Assembly (NCBI GenBank): GCA_951406725.2
Contig: OX597826.1
Location: 34,968,001 to 35,032,000 of the forward strand
Source of the DNA: Octopus vulgaris
Lineage: Eukaryota
Reading direction: 5' to 3'
Length of the DNA stretch: 64,000 nt
In this document: positions 1-10,980 of the stretch, one piece after another
How positions within the stretch are numbered: position 1 is the stretch's first letter
How the letters are laid out: each line of letters opens with the position of its first letter
Notes under the pieces: model-generated
What the model saw: only the letters and a program-made list of their open reading frames with translations
Database searches by the model: none
What the model was told of the DNA's origin: nothing
Program-made: the position numbers and the translations under genes

Positions 1-474
1 CGACTTTGTATTTCATCCTTTCGGGGTCGATTAAATAAGTACCTGTTACGCACTGGGTCGATATAATCGACTTAATTCGTTTGTCTGTCCTCGTTTGTCC
101 CCTCTGTGTTTAGCCCTTTTTGGGTAGTAAAGAAATAGGTATTTTGCTACGTTCTAGGTTCAAATTCCGCGGGGGTCGACTTTGCATTTCATCCTTTCGG
201 GGTCGATTAAATAAGTACCAGTTACGCACTGGGGTCGATGTAATCGACTTAATCCGTTTATCTGTACTTGTTTGTTCCCTCTATCTTTGTGAGCAATAAA
301 GAAATAGGTATTTCGTCTATCTTTACGTTTTGAGTTCATATTCCGCTGAGGCTGACTATGCCTTTCATCATTTCGAGGTCGATAAATTAAGTACCAGTCG
401 CGTAATGGGGTCAATCTAATCTACTGTCCCCTCCCCAAAAATTTGTGGCCTTGTGCCTAGAGTAGAAAAGAATA
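1..474 (+). mobile_element. tRNA-derived SINE family A, multimeric copy (three tandem ~176-nt body modules; 5' end outside window)
   Basis: Motif GACTTTGC/T..TTTCATCCTTTCGGGGTCGAT(T)AAATAAGTACC recurs at ~1, ~177 and ~353; B-box-like GTTCAAATTCC; same sequence and terminal module as the copy at 46203-46606. Confidence 0.85.
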
Positions 475-487
475 TTGTTTTTCTTTT

Positions 488-670
488 AAGGTGACGAGCA
501 GGTAGGATCGTTTTCACTCCGGATAAAATACTTAACATCATTCTGTCCATCTTTATGTTCTAAGTTCAAATTGGGGCGGGGCCAGCTTTGTCTTTCTTCT
601 TTTTAAGGTCGATAAAATAAGTACCGATCAAGTCAAGCACTGGGCTCGTTGTAATTGACTCTTCCCCTCC
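488..670 (+). mobile_element. Degraded SINE family A copy
   Basis: AAGTTCAAATT...GTCGATAAAATAAGTACC similarity to family A. Confidence 0.6.
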
Positions 671-1555
671 GACAACATTTAAGCCATTTCTATCCTTCAA
701 TTGCTGTTCTGTGAACGCATACCGTAGTTTTGTTTTCCTCTGCGTTTGGTATCCTGTCCTTTATGCTGGGTTGTGGATATTCAGTCAATCGACGTCTGAA
801 ATTATAACCTCTCTTATATTTCTTCTTTATAATCTCTGAAACTACAGGAGCCTCATGCATTATTTGAGAGAAAATCGTATTAAAACAATTACTAATGAAT
901 GGAAAACCGAGAGACAGAATCGTGACCGACTATAGCATTGTTTCTCACCACATATCAAAGAAGATATAACAAGGTTTCTTCCTCAATTCCAAACACTGTT
1001 ATGAAGTTGTCATGAATTAGACTATCATCAGGGTAGATATACTGATTTGCATCGTAGATATACTGATATGCATATTTTTGATGGTTCATAATGAATAAAC
1101 ATTATACCGTGTTCATAAAACAGCGTAAATTACAATACACTGAAATAAATCTAAATAAAATACTCATTATTGCTTAAATAAGAATAGGAACAATATAACA
1201 TTCTATTAAGGATTTTGATGTGCAGAAATAGAGGATGACGATTCCTTGACGCGCCGTTTACCATCTATTGACAATCCTTCAGCGAAGATGTACCCGACTT
1301 CATTACCGAATCAATAGCATCGATCATATATGTTTGTGTGCGTGGGTGGTTGGTTAGATGTGTGTATCTGTGTGCTCGTGTGTGTTTTTGTGTATATATG
1401 GATGTGTATGTGTGTGTGCGTGTGTGTGTGTGTGTGTGCGTGTGTGTCTACGTATGTATGCATGTATTGTTTCTACACTTTCTGAAACACATACATTAGC
1501 ATTATATCAATTTTCTTACACACACAAACATACCCGAACTACCCGAGAAAGCTGT

Positions 1556-2092
1556 TGAAAATCTGCCAAGAAAAAGGTCCTAGACATGGAGGCCCTCTCT
1601 CGAGCTGATCTGCCAAGCATTTACACACTTCTCAGAAAAGCAAAAATCAGGTGGACAGGTCACCTTGTTGGATTGCCTGATACGCGACACCCTAAGAGTC
1701 TGTTTTACAGTGAACTGAAGGCTGGCAAATACACGCAAGGTGGACAGATAAAGCAATTGACAGATACACTCGAAATCACGATGCTGTTCTTTGAGATCAA
1801 CTCCATACACACACACACCTGGGAATTATAAGCACAAGACAGCCCTCCCTGCCAAAGCTGCACCAACAGAGGCACCACTTTCTACGAGGATTGCAAAAGC
1901 AAAAGAAGACGCGATTTGTGCAAGTCCACAGTCGACACTTTGACTTCAGTCCCTGAAAACCACTAGTTCCCAGACTTTGGCAGAACATTCCGAGCGCGCT
2001 TCGAACTGATCGGCCACAACCAGGAACACCTTAAGCTGTCTTCTTATACCATATGAAGTCGTCCTTGGTCGTAGTTGACAACGATGGGCGAA
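1556..2092 (+). pseudogene. RTE-clade LINE 3' fragment (RT C-terminal region)
   Basis: ORF 1586-1831 EALSRADLPSIYTLLRKAKIRWTGHLVGLPDTRHPKSLFYSELKAG matches the RTE 'RW.GHV.RM...R.PK..LY.EL..G.R' motif. Confidence 0.85.
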
Positions 2093-2220
2093 TTACTTAA
2101 ACTTCCTTTCTTTATCTTATTTTAACGTTCCGTTCTTACTAAGGCGGCTTTCACATCCTATTTTTTCACTCCCACTTCTTTCGTATATATCAGTGTGTGT
2201 ACACACACACACACACAAAT

Positions 2221-2255
<35 letters not shown>

Positions 2256-2262
<7 letters not shown>

Positions 2263-2535
2263 ACCGACCAGGCTATCAGATGGTGTTACACATCGCTGGT
2301 CACAATGCGCTTCGCATTGTTTTAGCCTTCAAATGACGCCACTCCGCTGGCTAAGCGAGCAGACCAAGAGAAGAAAGAGTAAAAGAAAGCAGTGGCGAAA
2401 GAGTACAGCAGGGATCACCACCACACCCTGCCGGAGCATCGTGGAGCTTTAGGTGTTTTCGCTCAATACACTCACAACGCCCGGTCTGGGAATTGAAACT
2501 GCGATCCTACGACCGCGAGTCTGCTACCCTAACCA
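2256..2535 (-). mobile_element. tRNA-derived SINE family C in a (TA)n tract
   Basis: Reverse complement begins TGGTTAGGGTAGCAGACTCGCGGTCGTAGGATCGCAGTTTCAATTCCC; head and body are shared with 7197-7470. Confidence 0.75.
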
Positions 2536-3050
2536 TATATATATATATATATATTCACACACATATATGTGGGTTTTTAAATAGCGTAATTCACTTAGAA
2601 TTGGTTATATTATTAAAGTTCAAACGAGTTTGTATTTGTTTTGGAAAGAATAGAATATAAAAGCTTTCGCTTTTATATTAATAACTATAGAAAACTGGTG
2701 GGAATATTATCTGCATGGACTTCAAGCGGGCTAGGCTGCTATTTAGGTAGATAATTTAGGAATTAGTTATAGGTTTACTTATTGAATTTATTTACCGATA
2801 CTGTTTTTGTACATACAGTAAATATGTTTCTTTCTTGTAATTCAATTAACAATATTAGTGATTAATCCTTCCTAGAATTAACATTGAATGAATGTGGTGA
2901 TATATATAGTGTGCTTGTTCCCAAAAAAACACTTATTTTAGTGCTGTTGGCACCACCGGATTGAATGGTACAGCCCAGGTGTCGAAACCATAGTGATATC
3001 CGTGGGGCAGCTGATGATGGAGATGTGTTAGATTATTGGTATGGCTGTTA

Positions 3051-4229
3051 TCTCTATATATATAAAACTGAGAATGTGTGTCTGTCTGTCTGTCTCTGTG
3101 TTTCCCTAAAACTTGAGAACTACACAAACAATTTCATTCAAATTTTACACATGCCTTACTTGGGATCCGGGGAGTGTCATCGGCAAAAAAATTTTGAACT
3201 TTTTGCCTAGGGAAAGCCCACAGCAATATCATATCTTCTCCATTACGATTTCCTAAAACTTGAAAACTACCCAACCAATTTAATTCAAATTTTACACATG
3301 CCTTACTTACGGTCCATGTAGTGTCATGCGCAAAAAAAAATGTTCAACTTCTTGCCTTGAGCGAGTCCATAGCAATATCATATCTTCTCCACTATTTCAA
3401 TATTACGTGTTAAAAGTGAAACAAAAACATTTCTCTATTTTACGTCACATACTTTCACTTCAACAATAAAAATAAAAATAACAATTGAATTATATGTAGT
3501 AAGTAATAATTAAAATCAAACTAAAGTATAATATAATCGTAACATAACAAAAGTAAAAATAGCAATTGGTATAAAATTGCATCAACGACTTGAACTTGAA
3601 TAAGTGGTTCCATATGAATGGGAATAAGTTAAAAATAAAATTAGCGTGCAGAAATGGAATAGTCCAGTTAGATAATAAAAAATTAAATTAAAGAAAAGAC
3701 TATTGTCTATAAAGTATACAATGTAGAGAAAAAAGAAGATTTGAACACCTGGAGGAAAGCACCATCTAAAAGTGTATTGGTGCTATGAAAGATATCTAAC
3801 CAGAGGCGGTAAATTCGCCACAATAGAAGGAAGTTTCGTGCAAGGGAGTACTCGACTCGAACTTGCAAAGTGGAAATATTTTATTTTTACCTTTATATCT
3901 GGGACGTAGGACGTGCAGGATAAAAATTGTAAATGCCCCCAACCCCCACCCCACCAGAAGTAGAGGTAGGCTGGATTGTAGCCACACTTCTATACAAGAG
4001 GTAGGACAAGATACAATTGATCGAAATTGCAAGAGACGGGCTTACAATTCCAGTCTGTTATATATTTTGAGTATTGTTATCACTAGCGATATCAAGATAT
4101 AACTTTGTATTTTGTATTTTATGTGTAGATGTATATATATAGATGTACATGTAATATGTACACATATATATATACACATATATACATGTACTAGCACAAT
4201 GACCCGGCAACGACGGGTCATAATGCTAG
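3051..4229 (+). mobile_element. Non-autonomous Helitron
   Basis: Starts A|TCTCTATATATATAAAA followed by (GTCT)n; ends with hairpin TGACCCG-N7-CGGGTCA (4200-4220) then CTAG|T (4226-4230); no TSD; internal ~140-bp direct repeat 3104-3242 / 3251-3392. Confidence 0.85.
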
Positions 4230-4279
4230 TTATATATACAGAATAGTTTTGTAAAACATCTATTTGATATACACATATT

Positions 4280-4828
4280 AAGTAGTAGTAGACATCGGTC
4301 GGTCTCGAGAAGCCATGGATCTGCGCCCGAAGAAATCATGTCAGCTGCTGATGGTGGTGCAGCGTTTGTTGTGGCTATACAGGACCACACGGGAGTGGCA
4401 GTAACGCATACTGAAGGAGCTCTCTGCCGGGGCTATTGTTTTTTCTTCCGCCGAGTGTGCTTTTCTTTGGTGACGAGTTCTTGCTTTCCTTCCACTCTCT
4501 TCATTCCCTTTCGCAGTATTTGTCTCTACTGTGGACGATCATTTGCAACCTCCTCCCATCGGAGGACTTCCAGATCAAGCGACTTCCTATCCCCTTCATA
4601 TCATTCAACGGAAGAGGAGATCGTCCACCTGCTCTTCTGCCGGTGGCCAATTCCCCATACGAGAGGTCTTTTGGCATCCTTCTGCCCGGCATGTAATCTA
4701 CATGACTGAGCCACCGCAAACAACGCTGTTGGAGCCAGGTGAGTGTGCTAGGTATCTTGGCTTGGTTGAGGACATCGGTGCTGGTGATGTGTCGATCCAC
4801 TTGATATCGTAGATGCGTCTCAAATTAC
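4280..4828 (-). pseudogene. RTE-clade LINE 3' fragment with (CTA)n tail
   Basis: ORF 4501-4800 QQRCLRWLSHVDYMPGRRMPKDLSYGELATGRRAGGR; short AGTAGTAGTAG at 4280-4291 is the tail on the minus strand. Confidence 0.85.
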
Positions 4829-4829
4829 A

Positions 4830-5242
4830 TGAGTGTATCGTTGTCAATCATTACGTTTGAATATTGAGTATGTTTTGCCCCAGGTTTTGATTGTAAAAAA
4901 AGACTTCAGTCTGCTTCATGCTGAATGTCAGTTCAAACGCACGAGCTGCCGAAGTAAACCTGTCAAGTGTTTCCTGAATTCCCGAAAACGTATGAGGAAG
5001 TAAAGCGTGATGATCAGTAAACAGAACGTCAAGTAGAATCTCTTCCTTGGTCTATTTTCTTGATCTGAATCTTTTCCCTTTTAGGTTTAGTGGACCTCTT
5101 GTGCGAAACTGGAATATTACATCATGGTTATCTCTAAAAGCACGTTGGAGTAATATTGAATAATATATAGCAAAAAGTACAGGAGCTAAAATACAGCCCT
5201 GTCTGCTTCCAGTGGCAACAGAAATTGCGTCTGAACATAAGT
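4830..5242 (-). pseudogene. Inverted 5' segment of an RTE LINE (RT core)
   Basis: Minus-strand translation SDAISVATGSRQGCILAPVLFAIYY...LLDVLFTDHHAL...DRFTSAARAFELTFSMKQTEV corresponds to RT motifs GVRQGC.LAP / LLFADD / KKTEV. Confidence 0.85.
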
Positions 5243-5850
5243 CAGATCATTTAAATATCTTGCAAGTACAGTAAACTTTAAGAATACGCTTGATGACGAA
5301 ATCAATGTTAGAGTATCTAAGGTTACTAATGCTTTTGGAAAACTTCCTCATCCTTTGTGGGATCAACAGAGGATCAGTCTGAAAATTAAAGTAAGTATAT
5401 ACAAATCTTGTATTTTGAGCACATTCGTGTATGGGACAGAAACAAGGAAAGCCTACAACAAACATATGAGAAAAAAAAACATGTAAACTTTCATGTGTTG
5501 TCTACACAATATCTGTATCATAAAATGGCAAGATAAGATATTAAATGTCAAAATCTTAGATAAATATGATATTTCCAGTCTCAAAAGCATGCTGCTGAGA
5601 ACTCAGTGCAGATGGGTAGGACATGTTGTTCGAATGAAAGATAAATGCTTCGTAAAACTTCTTTTTTATGACCAACAAGGAGAAGTACACCGTGGTAAAT
5701 GAAGGCCCGTCCTTAAATATCAGGATAAGTTGATGCAATCAATAAAGACTCTACAGCTTAATTTAACATCTGGGGAAAGTCAATGCCTTGATCGATCTGG
5801 TTGGCGAAAAATGTGTCATGATGCCTCAAAACAACCTGAGTGGAAGAAAC
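5243..5850 (+). pseudogene. Sense 3' segment of the same RTE LINE
   Basis: Translation SFKYLASTVNFKNTLDDEINVRVSKVTNAFGKL...VYGTET...FHMCCLHNICIIKWQDKI...QCRWVGHVVRMKD. Confidence 0.85.
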
Positions 5851-5879
5851 AGGACAATAAAAGAATTATGTGACCGCGT

Positions 5880-6066
5880 GTGTACCGTTGGCGATTTTTT
5901 TCCTCTGTCTTCCCTTCTCTGGATCTTTCCTTCTCCTATGTTTCCGACGAAGAGCTCCGTTCGAAACGTTAAACCCTCCTTCTTACCTTCTTTCCTGAGC
6001 GTCCAATAATACTATATTTGTTCCACGTCCTCGCGTTGTTGTGTTTTTGTGCTTTCTTGTTTGGAT

Positions 6067-6070
<4 letters not shown>
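5880..6070 (+). mobile_element. Penelope-like terminal (pLTR) fragment with a hammerhead-like motif at 5940-5974
   Basis: GTTT-CCGACGA-A-GAGC tcc GTTC-GAAA-C-GTT-AAAC; ends in (TA)n; tail shared with 44095-44176 (-) and related to 57985-58200 (-). Confidence 0.7.
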
Positions 6071-6119
<49 letters not shown>

Positions 6120-7149
6120 AGGGGGGGAGACAGAGACAGAGGGAGAGAGAAGAGACAGAGAGGGAGAGAATCAGAGAGAGAGAGAGAGAGAGCAACGAGA
6201 GATATGAGCTCAGAATTGCATCAATCTAAATACTGTTTTTCTTTCGAAGCTTCTGTATGTTTTCCTCAAAAAATGATATCTTCCCGCTGATGTACAAACA
6301 GTCCCACACAGCGCAAGTGTGTGCTGATATGAGTAAATTTATATGCGTACGTTTATTTGTACCTGTGTATGCTATTGAAATTAAATAATGTACGCTTTTG
6401 CTATTTTCTGTTTAATCCATTCTCTTACTATGAAATGTAATCCATGAACAATTAAACAACAATAAACCTATTCTAATTCACATACTTCCTCTGTTAATGT
6501 ACTTTGTTATTTCTTTACGGTAGTGGTATAACTACTTTACACATGCAGCGTTTCAAAATATGCTTACTTGCTTAAGGCGGTCCATCTTGACAGATGACGA
6601 CGTTTTCAAAACATAATGCAACTTCAATAGCAGGTTATCTCCTCTACCTTTTCTATATCCGTTTCTTTCTCTGCTGGGCACCACTCCAGTTTGGACGCTT
6701 ACAGTGGCATATCAGATTTACTTTGAGGAGAAATTCTTAATACTTTACGCAAAACTTATCCATTTCTGAAGAAAAGGATATGTTAAGTTATCTCTCGCGT
6801 ACAGTTCTACAACGAACTGCATCTGATTCCCTGGGGGTGGAATAGTCGGGAAAAGTCGGAAGATCTCAGAGGTGAATAGAGATATTTAACCTTCTGACTT
6901 TCATGAATTACGACTATTGTCGCAAACTTCATATGATATTGATTTCAGTATGATGGAACTTATGCGGACATGTTTGCATTAATACGCATGCTCAACATTA
7001 TATAATATAATTGTATCTTCACAAATTGAAAATAAAGTAAGCTAGATCAGCTGATCATCTCAACATTAACAGTTCAACACACGCGCACGCACATAGATAG
7101 ATAACTGATTCCAGTAAGTAGACGTGCTATATATATATATCGATTATAC

Positions 7150-7196
<47 letters not shown>

Positions 7197-7197
<1 letters not shown>

Positions 7198-7470
7198 GCA
7201 CATGGCCTAGTGGTTAGCGCAGCGGACTCGCAGTCGAGGCATCGCGGGTTCGAATATCAGACCGGGCGGTGTGTGTGTTTATGAGCGAAACACCTAATTT
7301 CCACGCGGCTCCGGCAGAAGGTAATGGCGAACCTCTGCTGACTCTTCCACCACAACTTTCTCTCACTCTTTCCTCCTGCATCTTGCAGCTCACCTGCGAC
7401 GGACCGGTCTCCCGTCCAGGTGGGGAACCTATACGCCAAGAAACAGGGAAACCGGCCCTTATGAGCTCGA
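7197..7470 (+). mobile_element. tRNA-derived SINE family C
   Basis: A box TGGCCTAGTGG, B box GGTTCGAAT; body shared with 2256-2535 but with a different 3' tail. Confidence 0.8.
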
Positions 7471-7511
7471 GAAGGAACAAACAACAAAAATATATATACA
7501 TACAATTTTTT

Positions 7512-7801
7512 AAATTATGAATTAGGGTATCTACGAGATACCACCATGCTGAAAATAGCAGCCATGATCTGACTCTAAAACCATCTTAAGTATCCATATA
7601 GCAACACGGAGAGAAAACAAAGAGACAAGTAAAAGAGACAAGAGACTAGTAAAAAATATCCAGTAATTTTTTACTAGTATCTTCTTGTCTCTTTATTTTC
7701 TCTCCGTGTTGCTATATGGATACTTAAGGTGGTTTTAGAGTCAGATCATGGCTGCTATTTTCGGCATGGTGGTATCTCGTAGATACCCTAATTCATAATT
7801 T
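7512..7801. repeat. ~290-bp imperfect palindrome (arms ~7512-7657 / 7666-7801), probably a truncated PLE-type insert with an inverted 5' copy
   Basis: AATTATGAATTAGGGTATCTACGAGATACCACCATG... is mirrored by ...CATGGTGGTATCTCGTAGATACCCTAATTCATAATT; the right arm continues ~95 bp to a (TA)n tract. Confidence 0.9.
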
Positions 7802-7929
7802 TAATAATTATTAGTTTTGAAAGTTATTTTTTCCATACTGGCCACTTGATAATATCATTATTTTATTTTAAATGAATGATCTTATCCTTATTTATTTATA
7901 TATATAGATAGACAAACAGACAGACAGAC

Positions 7930-7977
<48 letters not shown>

Positions 7978-8785
7978 TCTGGTTGAATATGATGCAAATT
8001 ATAATGCGGTGCGATTTGAACTCAGGATGTAAAAAGTCGAACCATATACCGCATGGACTCTATCCTATGCTCCAGCTTGTAGTCTAGTTATTTATTTTCT
8101 ATTTAAAAAAATAAAAAATCAATGTATTTCTCATAATTACTTCAGTATTTGAAGATATACTCAAAATTTTCCGATGACGTCATATAGTTCTCTGATAAAA
8201 TAGTTTTCCGCAAGAATAATTACCTCAGGGAATATAGTATGGCATTAAAAGACTTTTAGTATCAAGCTTTGTAGATTTGATTTCAAACAAAGGGTTCAAA
8301 ATTAAATAAAATTTGAAGTTTGCTCAAGATATTGGTGTCATGTGCCTAATTATTTTTTAATTATTTATTAAGCAGATTCTGTGAAAATATTTTTCGATAC
8401 TGAGAATGTGAACTTTGAAACAGATGTGTATTTGCTCTCTACGTGAATGGCCTCTTGGCATGTTTAATGTTTAAAAAAATTTATATGAGACGCAGTCGAT
8501 CCGTTTAAATAGCTTTAACAACCTTAACAAGACGTAATTGAAGTCCGCATATATAATTTTGTTTGGAAAACCTACTTCGTTTTACATGCGTAAGTAATAT
8601 CGACCCATCATGACCGTCTTGTTCATCATATACACAGCCGAACGTCTGAAAACGTGACCTCAGTACTTTCTGCCTAGTAAGTCTGCCAGATTATCAAAGC
8701 AGAAACTTAATGTACCACTTTAATATATATACATATATTCATGTGTGTGTGTATACATACATACACAAACACACATATATATATA

Positions 8786-8850
<65 letters not shown>

Positions 8851-8983
8851 GAAAAAACAACTGTTTACAAGAGAAACAGAGAAAGGCCGAAACAAGGAAA
8901 ATGCCACTTATATTTGAACACTATACAAATATTCTTTTAAAAAAACTTTTTTTTTAATTTTTCTAAATTTAATTATTTAATCG

Positions 8984-9026
8984 TTACAATTGAAAAGGTC
9001 TCAAATGACTGAAACCGGTACTGAAA
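8984..9026 (+). ncRNA. Degenerate type I hammerhead motif, U3-A8 core variant
   Basis: TTACAA-TTGAAAA-GGTC tcaaat GACT-GAAA-CCG-GTA-CTGAAA; palindromic ACCGGT stem III; stem I partly mismatched; lies in a ~260-bp insert between (TA)n tracts. Confidence 0.55.
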
Positions 9027-9115
9027 TGTTCTTTATAAAATTATTTTAGTATTTTCTATCTTGACTTGCTTTTTCATATATATCAACTCGTGTGTTCCTT
9101 TTCATCCTTATACAT

Positions 9116-9158
<43 letters not shown>

Positions 9159-9376
9159 TTTGAGTAGTTGAATGAATTATCTTGTTATGGATAATTCGGT
9201 TAAACGATACCTGGGTAGCAAATTCACATCAGAGAAGACACGGTTGAAGTTACGTGCTTTCGTGTGGAAATTTGTATGTTTTTTTAAAATATAAATATAT
9301 GAAAGAATGGAGTTGAACGACAAATTAACAAAATTATATATATATACATATACATATATACATATATATATATAAA

Positions 9377-9581
9377 CACGAGGAGTGTTGAAAGGTTCCC
9401 GGCTTTCGGTAAAAAAACACTACAGGATAAGTTAATTATGATTTTATTCGACTTATTCCCCTCTTAGATTCACACACCTCTTTGCAGTGGTACTTCAGTG
9501 TTTCTCAGCACTATACAAAAAAAAATTGTAAATTTGGGCCTACAGCCAGGCCTTTCGCGACACCTTTAAACCCAGGAACTT
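9377..9581. mobile_element. Possible mariner-like MITE remnant
   Basis: Begins CACGAGGAGTGTTGAAAGGTTCCCGGCTTT (mariner-like TIR start); partial inverted match AAACCCAGGAACTT at 9568-9581. Confidence 0.45.
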
Positions 9582-9855
9582 GTATACATGTGTGCGTGCC
9601 CGTGTGTCTATGTGTAAAACAATTTTGTATGCGAATTCGAAGTTGCTTCATTTTGTTCTACTCTCTTCCATTAGATATTGGTTGTGCCCAAAGTGCTTAA
9701 GAAATGTTATAAAATAAACCCAAAATAACAGCTTGGAAATATGGAGAAATATGTAGAAATATTTGGTGCGCAATATAAAGGAAATAGGCATGAACTTACC
9801 CTGTAAAATATATATTTGTGGATGTCTGTGTATATATACACACATATTTGTGTGC

Positions 9856-9890
<35 letters not shown>

Positions 9891-10564
9891 ACATACATAC
9901 ACACACACACACCATGTGTCTATATACATAAATTATATATGTGTGTGTGTGAGTAAGCGAGTGAGTGAATGAGTGTATGTGCGTGTGTGTATGTGAGTGT
10001 GTGTGTGTGTATGTGTGTTTTATCATTCGTGTTTTTGCTTAAAGCGTTACCTCTGTTCTGCAAATATATATATATCTCCTTCAAGTGCCAGACAATAGAT
10101 GTTCCGTCTACATTTCAACTTCGCTTTATGTCGATAATTTAATATCATGATATACACCACTATCTTAATGATTAACGAAATTGATTGTTTGTATCGCTCA
10201 CATTGCTCAGGTCGACCTTTGGGAATCAGGAGAGACCTGGCACAGCAGCACAAACTAATCTAGCTCGGCTCGTCTAATTGTATTAATTTTATAGTTCTTC
10301 CTTTGGTTATTAGACCACCTACGTCTTGTTGACTGCCAAAATGATTTCCACTTAGACGAACTTGCTGGCGATTTCTTATGCCTAATCTAATGACACATTC
10401 TAACGTTATTGGCTGTATCGTTTTCCGAACACAAGCTGTCTGGTGCAAACCTGACGTACACTGTCAAGAGTATCAGATTCAGAAGTAGATGAAAAGATAA
10501 TTTTTTAAATTATTCTTTTAGAAACTGAAAAAAAAATTAATTAATTTTAAATTAGCGATGAGTC

Positions 10565-10980
10565 ATTATTGTCGTCGTCGTCACAGCCATTAATACAATC
10601 CCCGTCGTCTTCATCGTAAACGTCATATCTTCGTCAAAATCATCATCAACGACATCTTTGTCATCGTCGTTATCGTCGTCGTCATCACACTCCTCATCCT
10701 CCTCGTCGTCATCAAATTTTATTACTGTTTTCCTCTTCAGCATTAATGGCGTCATTTTGGTGATTGTGATAATGATTAGCATTACAACCATCATAATTAC
10801 CATCGCCCGCCCAATCCTCCATCACCTTCCATCTCTATGATCGTCATCGACTGTAGCAACGTCTTCATTTGTAGCACCATCATCAACAGCATTACCAGTA
10901 TTGCCATATCGCCGTTATCTTCTGCGTTGCCATTACACTCACTACCGTCTCATCACCACCATTAACAACATCAACAATCT
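10565..10980. repeat. Degenerate (TCA/TCG/CCA)n trinucleotide low-complexity tract
   Basis: Direct inspection; source of the poly-D and poly-S ORFs. Confidence 0.85.

Noticed and set aside
10552-10840. Acidic poly-D and poly-S ORFs
   Set aside because: Degenerate trinucleotide repeat, open on both strands.
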